A stretch of 62,409 bases of DNA, filler included, from Choristocarpus tenellus KU-1152 (taxonomy: Eukaryota; Protista; Phaeophyceae): the NCBI GenBank assembly GCA_964200185.2. It is 10 parts of 10 records of this genome, joined end to end, with 100 filler letters (N's around TTAATTAATTAA, not from the genome) between each part and the next. Parts side by side here need not be neighbours in the genome. Positions count along the whole stretch, not along the records: positions 33,089 to 45,694 come from CAXNAD020001767.1; positions 45,795 to 52,383 come from CAXNAD020007806.1; 8 more parts are not named here. The stretch is one strand, 5' to 3'. The notes below the pieces were generated by a model that had not been told where the DNA came from, did no database searches, and saw only the letters and a list, made by a program, of their open reading frames with translations. The position numbers and the translations under genes are program-made. Below are positions 34,840 through 46,019 of the stretch, in pieces; position 1 is the stretch's first letter; each line of letters begins with the position of its first letter.

Positions 34840-35820
34840 TTATCTGCTGCTTTGGTGCGACCGTACATAATCTACCTCAGCATTGTTCAAATGCCACTCA
34901 ATGATGAATCCCTCCTTGTGCTGGTTAGCGGCACTACTCATGCTCCAACCCTCAACTCCAACCCCAAACTTGTCAAGGTCGTCCTGGAGAAATGTCCACC
35001 AGCTCTTTCTCCTGCCAACCTTGTTTTTCTGTGTTCCAACCACAAGCTCCCAAACACCGATTCTTCAGGAAGTCGCTCATCTCCATACGAGCGATTGACC
35101 TACCAAATAGGGGCCTCCACTTCCTCACTGTTGGCTCCATACTCTCATACACAATATTCATGAGAGTATATTTGAAGGAAGGGCAGGATATGAGATTGGT
35201 CCACTCCCGTGGGTAAAAATCTGTGCAGCGGAGGAGTGATTTGTGGTGGTGGGGGCAGAGTTTTTAGTCAATGAGCCTGGAGTGTCCGCGACATATATAT
35301 AAGCATACAGCAGAACTTCCAGTACACTTCATATCCGAGCATTCGAATCTTGAGCTCAAGAGAGACGCCTGGGATCCTGTCCTTAAAGCACTTGGCTATA
35401 TTTGCAAAAAATAACAACTCCCAAGCTTTCTGAATCCTCCAGACGATCTCAGCAATAATTGCGGCATCATCCCTGATAGTTCCCACAATGTAAACAAGCT
35501 TGTGTATCTGGTTTTAGGTCTGATCCAGTGCCATAATCTGCATGGTTTAGGTCGATATCCTGATTAGGAGGGCCAAGAATTCACATTGTCTCTATCCTTA
35601 ATGCTGATACAGCTAGGCTAAATGGACTGTCCACCTTCACAAGCACTGTCACCATCTTGACCAAACCCTCCTGGGGTCTTGGAGACAATGCCTGCATCAC
35701 CAACATAAACAATACCCCACGAAACCAGCTCATCAACTGTTGTCCCACTCTCTGATGCTCTTCCTCCTTTGTTTGATCTGGTGTATGGTCGCTCTCTTGA
35801 CGATAACAAGGTCCTTGGAG
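34840..35820 (-). mobile_element. 5'-truncated degenerate RTE-clade LINE (RT C-terminal half)
   Basis: WGIVYVGDAGIVSKTPGG (decayed YADD), LVYIVGTIRDDAAIIAEIVWRIQKAW, SLELKIRML, ESMEPTVRKWRPLFG, KSWWTFLQDDLDKFG. Confidence 0.8.
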
Positions 35821-37993
35821 ATGGCTAGGTCAAGAGTTGGCTAGGTCAGGGTGATTTCCTTAACTCCAACACTTACTTTGCACTGTATTAAAGAAAATGT
35901 TGAAGAGGATCGGAGCAAGAACCCACCTCTGCCGAAGGGCCCTGTCCAACTTCGAACTACTCCTTTGCACTATCATTGCCATATCCATGCCAACACATAC
36001 TCCCACACAAACATGGAATTAATGGATGAAAGATATACAAAGGCGTTGGCGTTTAGAGCATTATTTGGTTGGGTCTAGTTTGAGGTTTCAACACACACCG
36101 GTTGACGGCTCAACTTTCATCATAACTACATCACTAAATCTTCATACTTCTAAGATTATTTAACTTAGTCGATTATACTTACATTGATCTTCAAGAATCT
36201 CGAATTTCTGTTATTTCACAAAATCCTACTCTTTCATACGTGTTGGGAAGTAATCAGTCAAATGGAATCACTTATTTTCGAATATACGTATCTGCAACTA
36301 GCGCCCGTTCCTCTCTGCCCACACCGTTAGGAAGGTGATAATACTTCCAACAAAAGTAATTTTTGGAATTATGAATCTATCTGCAAATTACTGTGTGGTT
36401 GTCATCCCCCTGTCCCCAAAGTGTTGGGTTTATGACCAACTACATACGCGTAAGAATAAAAAACGATTTTTTTTCTTGAACGTTCTGCAAGTGAAAGGTG
36501 GATAAGGTGGTGTATATTATATAATCCTAAACTCCACACACCGCTCCATTATATAGTTGACTAGTAATTGGTTTTATTGCGACTTCATCAACTAAAACTA
36601 GTGTTCAGGTGTAGAATCATTGGGCTAAGCGACACTGTGTGCAAATTTCTTGTACTACAGTAACCACTACTTCTGAAGTGAGTACGAGTAATCTGCGTTG
36701 AACTTGGTGCTCTCGCGCTTTGTGCGTTTCTGATGCTCCGTTGTCGTGGAGGTCGAGGATATTGGTCAATAGTCGACTTCCCGAGGTTCCTGACAACCGT
36801 TGTTGTTCGGTTCCGTGGTTGATGGCCATCGAGATCCGAGCGACTCGACGACTGTTAGCCCCTGGTTAACTCAGGAAGTACACAATTTTGCTTTTAAAGG
36901 ATACATGTACAACCTTGTAATTTCTAGGTACTTACCCCTCCTTCCTCACAACATGCGGTTTCGTCGATTTCCTCCACCCCCGATCCGTATGCCACCACCC
37001 AAGCCTTCGCAACGACTCTCACTAACCATACACTAAAAAATGCTGTCGAAGTAACGAGATTTCTGTCAGGCTAGGCACATAATGCGTTTAACCGACCCAG
37101 ACTCTCTGTTCAACCAACCCCGAGACCCTACAGTGACAGTTCCCATAGTCGCAGGTGTACATGTTAAGACACCATCTGTGCTCGTCCGTAAACCCTTTCC
37201 CAGACCTATCCCATGCCCTCTGTGCTCTGGTTCTCCCCTCTGCAGTTATCCTTGTCGTTACTTCTTCAAACATCTTGCGCGCTGGGCTTCACATCGACCT
37301 TTCATTCCAAGCTTACTTAATTCTACCAAAATACCTCGTTGCTACCACCGACCTGCGGTTGCATTCGTGGTAAGGACTTGGAATATACTGCACCCCCATC
37401 GCTTTGTTCTGTCGTCAACAGACAACTTGACTTTTATACAGACCACTGTGGACTTGGTCTGATCTAAATAATATTCGAATCGTGGCCTACTAAGTTGTTT
37501 CTTCTGTTGTCTCACTCGTGTCTATCTAGCCCTCCTGCTAAGAGTTTACTGTACTGCGCGATATTTGTGGATAATTTGTAGAGGATGAAGCAACAGGTCT
37601 CATCGTTCAAATTGAGATCTTCAACCATTGATCTAATAATTGTAAGTTGTTTGCTCCTACTTGACAGCAGCGGCAATGGCCTGCCCTGTTTTTTTGTTGG
37701 GCAATATGTTCAATATGACTGGTAGTGCATCGGATAGATCTGCTTGTCGATTCTATTGTGTGTCACGTTTACATCGCACAGCCCGGATGCATAGCTGATT
37801 TCACATCTCCTCACGACCCCCGATCTCCCGTCCCTTCTCCATTCACCACCTTTCAGGTCAGCTAACGGCACCTTTTACTTGTACTCGCAGTCAAAATAGT
37901 TGATACAATCAGTTATTTTTGAGAGTCATGGTTACCGCAGACTGTATTGATCGCCATGATCCACAAACAGGGCAGAATCAAAAAGAGTCAATA

Positions 37994-39082
37994 ATGTCAT
38001 ATAATCATGATGTCATTAGGCATGTCATGTTCTTGAACTCTTCACAAGATTTCATTTTTACAGCCGCAGTGTCCACAATGTGGAGAGATGTCTGGGGTGG
38101 TGGCGGCCGTTCCTCTCCTGCGACTAGTGTTACTACCGCAGTGCAGTCAGCATCTCGTCTGGCTCTGGCAAGGTCTAGTGGGTGCCCTTGGGACGAGAGA
38201 ACATTTGCACTTGCTGCTGCTGAGGGGAATATAAAGGCTCTCATCTACGCCAAGTTGAACAACTGCCCTTGGGGGGATAGGACTTGCTCGTATGCTGCAA
38301 GAAGTGGAAACCTGCACGTCCTGAAGTGGGCCAGGGCCAATGAGTGTCCATGGAATGAAGACACCTGTGCATCTGCGGCAGAGCAGGGACACCTTGATAT
38401 CCTGCACTGGGCCAGGGAAAACAACTGTCCCTGGGATGAGCGCACATGCAACTTTGCAGCAGAAGGAGGGCACTTAGACGTCCTAAAGTGGGCCAGGTCT
38501 AACAACTGCCCTTGGAGTCGGTGGACCTGTGCCCACGCTGCTAGCGGAGGTCACCTGAGTGTGCTGAAGTGGCTAAGAGCTAATGGCTGTCCGTGGAATG
38601 AAGACACCTGTTTCTCAGCCGCAGAGGGAGGGCATTTAGAATTGTTAAAGTGGGCCAGGAACAACGGCTGCCCCTGGAATGAGTGGACCTGTGCTCTTGC
38701 AGCTAAGGGAGGACATTTGGACGTTGTAATGTGGGCCAGGGCCAGCGACTGCAAGTGGAAAGAGGACACTTGCGCAAATGCTGCAGAGGGAGGGAACCTT
38801 GAAGTTCTGCAGTGGGCCAGGGCAAATGGATGCCCTTGGAACGAAAGTACCTGTTCTCAAGCTGCACGACAGGGACACCTGAATGTCTTGAAGTGGGCAA
38901 GAGGTAATGGGTGCCCCTGGAACACAGACACCTGCAATTCTGCTGTACAGGGGGGTCACCTGAATATCTTGAAGTGGGCCAGGGCCAATGGCTGCGATTG
39001 GAACCGATGGGTCTGTCGCTTTGCCATCCAAAGAGGGCACATGAACATCCTGCAGTGGGCCAAGGCAAACGGCTGCCCATGA
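37994..39082 (+). CDS. Intronless ankyrin-repeat protein with 11 x 27-aa xCPWxExTCxxAAxxGHLxVLKWARxN repeats and an F-box-like N-terminus; alternative ATG at 37928
   Basis: Uninterrupted ORF with the repeats visible directly. This repeat type is typical of brown algae and large DNA viruses. Confidence 0.92.
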   Translation: MSYNHDVIRHVMFLNSSQDFIFTAAVSTMWRDVWGGGGRSSPATSVTTAVQSASRLALARSSGCPWDERTFALAAAEGNIKALIYAKLNNCPWGDRTCSYAARSGNLHVLKWARANECPWNEDTCASAAEQGHLDILHWARENNCPWDERTCNFAAEGGHLDVLKWARSNNCPWSRWTCAHAASGGHLSVLKWLRANGCPWNEDTCFSAAEGGHLELLKWARNNGCPWNEWTCALAAKGGHLDVVMWARASDCKWKEDTCANAAEGGNLEVLQWARANGCPWNESTCSQAARQGHLNVLKWARGNGCPWNTDTCNSAVQGGHLNILKWARANGCDWNRWVCRFAIQRGHMNILQWAKANGCP

Positions 39083-40291
39083 AATGAAAGAGTTGACTGC
39101 ATGGGAACGAAACCGAGAGGATTGTTTCAATGGAAACTAGATCTGCATCTGCCCATAGCCATAGCAAGAAGGACTGCCAGAACCAACCGTTATTACATGT
39201 GGTGCTGATCTTCCTGCATACAAGGTGCCTCTCTAAGTTCCTCGGCTTTGAGAGCTTCAGGGAGTCCTGGATACTGCACCTTTCTCCAAATAGCTAGGCT
39301 TGGCAAGGTCATGGACAGTCCTTCTGTGTGTGTGAGCTTTTGATTTTACACATGTGGTTGAGTCACTCGCCAACAGTGTTGCTTAGCGGCATGATGGCTA
39401 TCATTTGGACTGGTATCAGCTCCCTGTGTATACTCAAGTAGATTAGAACACCATTATAATAGTACGCTCTGGCAATTTAGCTGTTCCATTCAGTGTAGGA
39501 GGGATTCTGGTTGCTTTGGTCAATACTAAATTGACTGTTGTAACAGATGTACTCATACATCCCTGGTCTTTGCATTTATGTACCCGTCATCATCCATTAT
39601 TTTTTGGCTGAACAAAGTGGGAGTTGGGACGGATATAGAGGTGAAATTCCGGTATGTAACGGGTCTATGTCATGATTATTTCAACTAGCTTCTGTTTCAT
39701 TTTGCATGTACTGTTTGTGTAATTTATTTTAATTACTGCACTCTAGCAGTAAGTCAGAGTTCCTACATGTGGCACATCTTCTTGGTTTGGAAATGGGCTA
39801 AGAAAAGGAAGTATCCCTCTCCATCAGTGTCCAAGTTTTATCGCACCTCTATGTGTCAGTGAACAGCACCGCGTGCTTGCTGTTCTATTATTGCTTTCCA
39901 TATAACCTTGATTCATATCTCAGTGCACGTATTTTGTTTTGCAATTTTGTATTTTGACATGCTTGATACTACAAGTACTCCAGAGTATTAGTTGGAGGGG
40001 GGGCTGGTGAGGTATTGACGTAGAAATACCGTTTGCTTGATACGTTTAGGAATAGTAGTTTTTAATTAGTGATAATTTGCCACTTGAGAAGGGGCAAGAA
40101 AGAGACGTATCCCCATCCTGGTGCATAATAGCAAGGTGTGAAACTCTTGATAGAGGCTTGCAGCATTCATTACTTTGGGACGAATTTTTACATATGTACC
40201 AAAGCTGTGTTTTGGTACTTTTAATGAAGAGGCAACAACACAGAACTTATGAATGAGATATCTCCAGGAGTCGAACTAACTGAGACGTAGG

Positions 40292-40470
40292 CAGGGTTGC
40301 AATTAAGGATCTCAAGAAAGGGCGAAAATACGCTGTTTTGTGTAATTGCAGAAAGAGCCTTTGCTGAATTGTGGTTCATCAAAGCAATGAAACAGTGTAT
40401 TGCACAGGGTAAGAAAGATTACTTGTAACGCAAAAGGGTTTAAACCTATGTAACCTCTCCATTTATTTGG
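40292..40470 (+). repeat. Dispersed ~190-bp repeat starting CAGGGTTGCA; second copy at 42505-42702, inserted in the Copia RT
   Basis: Both sites have cagggttgca..ggatc(t/a)caagaaaggg..aagcaatgaaa..tattgcacagggtaag..gcaaaagggt. Confidence 0.7.
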
Positions 40471-41016
40471 CTAAGCACTAAAGGAATGATGAGCTCATTA
40501 TCGTTGTTTCTCGCTTCACGTACACCAGGTCAGATATTTTTCGAAGTGGTGATGAGCAAGCTCGATACTATCCTGTTCATTTCTCCCTTCATTAATGCTT
40601 GTTTCAACAAACGAGTTGTGGAGGGACCTAGTAACCTACTGCATTTTTAAGAGACTTTGCGAATTACTACTGTGCAAAGTCGAACGTGCAATGTAATTAA
40701 CCTACTTCGTAGCATATAAAATCATCATCAACACACTGCATATAGTACACCCTCATACAGTATGTTCGAAATAATGTTACTGAAATAGCTCCAGGATAAT
40801 GGGCGATGACGCCACCTTATTTAACTCATTCGGATTTCATGTTCTTTTGTATAGTTTGAAAGCCACAGTGTTGTGCCCAACACATTTCCAGGGCACAATG
40901 AGGTGGATGTTGGAGTGTCTTATTGATTGGGGCACCTAAGCTAGGTATATACACCTTGAATCTGTGTCGTGATTGACTGGCCCTCGGGAAGATAGTAGTT
41001 GCATATTATCAGGAAG

Positions 41017-41078
41017 TGTTACAGGCGGTATGACTTGATGGCGGTTTCATAAGGTAAGCTTTGGAGTGTGCTGTAACA
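41017..41078. mobile_element. 62-bp miniature (internally deleted) solo LTR
   Basis: TGTTACAG...CTGTAACA flanked by TSD GAAG. The first ~35 bp match the LTR start at 45639. Confidence 0.7.
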
Positions 41079-42049
41079 GAAGCATTTATAACATTATTTA
41101 CTGTTCTGATGTACGTCCTAGTAGCAACTTTTTAAATTCCAAGAGTGATGATGGTGATATATACTCGAAGATAACCGTTGTGTTTGGATATGTACCCTTG
41201 CGAGCAATCTGACAGGGAAAAGATAATACAGCCTTACAGATATCCCACCCTTCAACGTGTTGCTAATACTAATAAAAAAGTACACCATCCAAATGAATTT
41301 TACATTCCAACTCGACTTGATGGCATTCCCCTGCTTGGAAGAATTGGTAATTTTTTGCATCTTCCCATCCACTTTGTGGGATGCTACAAGCCTATGAAAT
41401 CACTGCATATGCAACATATTTTTTTCCAAAGGAGAGCATGTGTTCTTGCACTGCCACAAGTGATAGCATATAGTGACATCTCCGCCTTCTCCAGAGAGAT
41501 CATGGACCACTCCCTTCTTCTGGATGACCTTTCTAGCACTTGACCGACTTACCTATATCATAGGTAAGCGATCAACTGAAGCAGACGGATGTAGGAGGTG
41601 GTAAATCATTGTACTTATTCGAGGTTGCGAGTGGCACCTCAGACCTCATACTCTGGGAGAAGTAGTAGACTAGGGGAGGCAGTCTGAAAGATCGCCGACG
41701 CTACCATTTCGTGCAGTACTACACAATAATAATATATGGCCTAAACAGGGCACATTATGTTAAACTATTGCTACTCGTGAAGGACCTGAAGAGGTATAAG
41801 GAATTGAATGCTACTGTGTAGAGTCATTTGTCGGATAAAGAAGGGTGAGGGTATAACACCACATCATTACACCCAACGGTTCTGTGCCAATGGTGAGTCT
41901 TAACCTAGATGGAGTATTTGTCATCCCTGTCTAGTTCTTCCACCTTGGAATTGTTCTGTCATACATATGGTTTTGCCATCTACAAAGTAGTGACCTCTAG
42001 TATGACCGGAAGAATCTATTCCCCCAACTCACACGTCTACGAGCAGTCC

Positions 42050-45000
42050 CTTACCTGTGAATTCTTCTGACTCCACTATTATGATCACCACTAACAAACA
42101 GCAACAAAATTGTATTAAAAAAGAGAGAAAGATCCACACCTTTTCTTGAAAAATCCAAGGTCAACAATACTTACAAGTTCAGCAAAAGGTCCGTATGCGT
42201 TGAAAATGGCACATCTGCAAAGGCTCTGTGAGCTCCCTGTGTGCTGCAGCTCATACGTAACATCCATTATCAATTTGCCTCCTGACTACCTAGTCTCCCA
42301 GAAAATGGTATCACACATCTATGTACTTGCTCGTGCCTGATTTCGGTTGTTTTAGGCAAATAGCTGGCCCCCCTATTATCCTTGTAGACAACCAAGAAGC
42401 CAAAACCATTGCCTTGTCCACACATACACTCCAACCATGACCTTGACCGCAATTCTTCTCCTCAGCCTAAGTATACATCGGAGTCAAGCCAATTAAGAAG
42501 TACACAGGGTTGCATTTTATGGATCACAAGAAAGGGTAAAAATAAGTCATTAATATTATCCCTTTGTGTGTGGAAAGGGGGAATATAATTTTTTGGTACT
42601 GTTGTGCACATAAAGCAATGAAATAGAGTTTATTGCACAGGGTAAGCAAGATGACTTCGAATGCAAAAGGGTCCAAATATGCCTAACTTTCATTTGTTTT
42701 GGGTCGTGGGTCAATCGGACACTGCCAAGAAACATTGCCGTAAAGAACGGATACCAGTTTTGCATTCCAAATCCTTGAAGCTTGCTCAAGGCCTAGAAGG
42801 ACTCTCGTAAGCGAAGGGTTGTGTAAGACAAGTCTCCACGCCCCGTTTCTGGCGCACACACATCTCTTCTTCCAATTCAGATTGGACAGAGGTCTGCTCT
42901 ACATCTAGGGGCCACACTATATAATATAATTCATATGATAGACTATCAGCCTGATGGACGAGTAGGAAGGTGAAAGGGCAGAGGTCACGAAGTAATCAAT
43001 GCTGTAGTCCTTGCCAGAACTTTATTGGGTTACTCATTTAGCCCTAGCACCACCGAACATCCCGCACACATCACTCTTCCACTTCAAAACCTCTCAAAGA
43101 TAATTGCCTTCAGCCCATGGGGTATATCCGCACCACTAAATGTGCCAGTGTGTCCAACATTCCTCCCTACTCCTTCTAGTCACCTCTTCCCATACTGGTC
43201 AGTATTTCAACAAATGAACTTCGCGATAAGACTATGGGGTTGGGTCAAACTTCGAGATAAGACAGCAATGAAGGGGGGTACTCATCAATGCAGTCTCGGC
43301 GTTGGGTGCACTGCAAGAGTACAAATATTTTTTCTCTATCCTACTGACTATAAGAACTATGACAACACCTCAACTTCACTACCTCCAATGCTGACACACA
43401 TGAACTGTCTGGTAACACAATGTTCCTGTACTGGGTTAGGGGAAAAATTACTTGAACTGATTATCACAATAACTAGTGTTATGCTGACGTTGCATGTGGT
43501 GGAACAACCATACTTCGAAGTATATCACAGTGTGACAGTTTCATATCGCTTATTTTATGTTGGATACAATACAAAGTAGTAACCTAATATAGCGGTTTGA
43601 TGAGTCAGAGTGGTGGCTGCATTAGGTGGTACAATGGTCAGGCCCAGCCCCTAATTAATGAATGTTCAGTGAGTGCGCTACCCACATACTCAGCAACAAG
43701 TTCTTGGCAACAAGCCTTTACAAACCTTTCCAGCACTTATGGGCTGCAGTGTGAGCTACTGTTGAAATAACACCTACCTGAGTCGAGCATTGTTGGTTTG
43801 TGGGGATGAATGAGATACGCCCTCCTCTCCCTCACTATCTCAGGCAATATCCAAGGATATACCCATCCTAAACCTGGATTTCCCTCTCCATTACCAAGGA
43901 GATAATCAGTATCCGGGTGTCTTCTTACAGTCTGGCATTCCCTCTCTTTACCTAGGGGAGGATCATCAGTCAAACCATTCCTTTGTTTCCAAATACTGTC
44001 TTCTTACCTGGTGCAGACCAATCCTCACTCTTACATTTGCTACAAAAACAAAAATTAGAAAGGGATGTGGCGGAGAAGCAAGATATACATAGGTGCATAT
44101 CTAAAGGTAAGTCCTCTGCAGTCGGATTGAGAAGCTATTTCTCGAAAATAGAATCAGCATTGAGTTCCCCTTTTCCTTTTCACATAACAGGGCCAAATGT
44201 CCCCCTAGAGCAAGACGAACGTTAATAGTTAAAAATCACATCAAGTGGACGATTGGAAGCGATATCACCGGTCTCAGTGAGGGCATGATATGAATCCATG
44301 GTGATGTGTATAGTTCTGTGTCCCCACGCAAAAGTACCTTTGTGACTTGACAAAGGTTGAACAGGTTTTTCTTAGGCGTCGGAAATCTGGTTGAAGCAAA
44401 ATATTACGGTAGTTTCGTCTAGAGGGTTAGGTGATTCACAATGCATTTTGTACAGCGAATATACACCAGGATTTAGCTATGATAAAGTGCGGTCTGACGA
44501 GTAATAAATAAGATATTGAACCTCAGCTTGGAGCGACTCGTCTAACGAAAGGTCACGTGTGGGAAGAGTAGGAGTAAGGGAGCTTTAATTCGAGCAGATG
44601 TTCACACCTGAATCAATTATTCCAAGTATCCACTCATCTGTAGCCTTCCTAAATCGTAGGCTGTGCTCACAGGTGAACTTTTGCTTGATGGATCCCACGA
44701 TCCATGCAAAGAGCACCAAACGTTCCCTGATATGCATCATCTCCATAATTGGAACACCCTTGACAATTAGTAGTACTTTTTGATAACTTCAGCAGCATCC
44801 AACAACAAAGGAAGCACAATGAAGTATAAACGAGAATACAACCCCTCTATATTGGCAGGTTTAGTCCTGATATATGATTCTAAGGCTCCTTTAGAGATGA
44901 TATGCGTGCTTCCACACGGGCCAACCATGTCTAGATTGTTTTTTTCGCTGCCAAACGAGAATCAACCTCAATTACATACAGGTATATTACTGTGCCAGTT

Positions 45001-45200
45001 GACATGCTGTAGGGGTTGTTATATAGGAAAGACAAGATACATTGGAGAACAGAAAGCAAAGGCACATTTTATCACAATAGAGGAAAGATCGCACAGAGAA
45101 TACAACAAAGGGATAACCACGGGAACGACTACTACAAGTTGGTGTATCTGACAAAGAGTAACTCTCCGAAAACTGACACTTCGAAGGTGATCGAGAACTA
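42050..45200 (-). mobile_element. Degenerate Ty1/Copia retrotransposon (integrase then RT)
   Basis: Integrase: DMVGP, DAAEVIKKY, GTFGALCMDRGIH/FTCEHS, DSYHALTETG. RT: GTF..IPHGLKAI, KWKSD..ARAK, IDYFVTSALSPSYSSIRL, LDVEQTSVQSELEEE, LGLEQASRIWNAKL, QCPIDP. Confidence 0.85.
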
Positions 45201-45638
45201 AGGGAAGAATCTCATGAACCTGTCAAGCCTGGTTGCCAGATCATGGGTGACTGTTGCCGTACAAATAGCCACCAGCTCAGGGGTGTGTACTAGCATGGGG
45301 GCGGTATCTACCTCCCAGATTCCTCCACTGGGCAGCCATTGGAGAGTGCCTCCTCCACCCCCCTAAGGAATAGTTCGCCGCCAGGCAAATTTTGTTGGAG
45401 GTATACATCTAGCTGGTTCGAGGTCGTGAGTGGAGGACCAGGCGTCGGCCCCTCGTCCACATTAGGTCCTGTGACAGGCTAAAATCGTTGTAGAGAACTC
45501 TCGTCCAGGTCTGGGGTCTGTGGGGAGGTTCACCAGCCGGGAGCGAAAAGAGTCAAAACTGACTTGGTTGAGTAATTGGGTAATGTCATGCCGGGTCCGT
45601 CTGGGGTTTGTCCTAGGTCATGTGCAGCCAGTATGTAG

Positions 45639-45694
45639 TGTTACAGGCGATATGTCTTGTTGGCGGTTTCATAAACACCATTATGACATTGAAG
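45639..45694. mobile_element. LTR end of the TGTTACAGGCG family, cut by the contig end
   Basis: TGTTACAGGCGATATGTCTTGTTGGCGGTTTCATAA is near-identical to 41017-41052. Confidence 0.6.
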
Positions 45695-45794
45695 NNNNNN
45701 NNNNNNNNNNNNNNNNNNNNNNNNNNNNNNNNNNNNNNTTAATTAATTAANNNNNNNNNNNNNNNNNNNNNNNNNNNNNNNNNNNNNNNNNNNN

Positions 45795-45898
45795 CCTTGA
45801 AATGGGCATCAAACTGGGGTGTTTTACAATACCCCATCAAGCCCCGAATGGACCCCCTGGGCTAAACCCCCCCCCCCCCCTCCAAGATGCTATTGGTC
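45795..45898 (+). mobile_element. MITE family 3, truncated
   Basis: atcaaactggggtgttttacaataccccatc..ctccaagatgctattggtc matches the ends of the copies at 2092-2340 and 60797-61069. Confidence 0.7.
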
Positions 45899-46019
45899 TT
45901 ACATTCACTCCTTCTACAGATCTTCTCTCCCCTATGTCTCACTTGCCTCCTGGCTCTCTAGCAGCCTTTTCTATTTTCTGCCATCCACACCCCACACCCC
46001 CCAATCTCCCTACATGGAC

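Larger units (their letters stand above)
39500..41650 (-). mobile_element. Very degraded second Ty1/Copia RT-RNaseH relic
   Basis: NAIKSSWNVKFIW..VRLLAR (~41200-41330), VAFKLYK (~40850) and IRPKVMNAA (~40160-40190) lie in Copia RT order. Confidence 0.4.

Noticed and set aside
38005-39167. Minus-strand ORFs overlapping the ankyrin gene
   Set aside because: They are antisense shadows of the repeat-coding strand.
43737-43973. DIRS/tyrosine-recombinase retroelement
   Set aside because: The flanking motifs are Copia integrase and RT in Copia order, and no recombinase motif was found.
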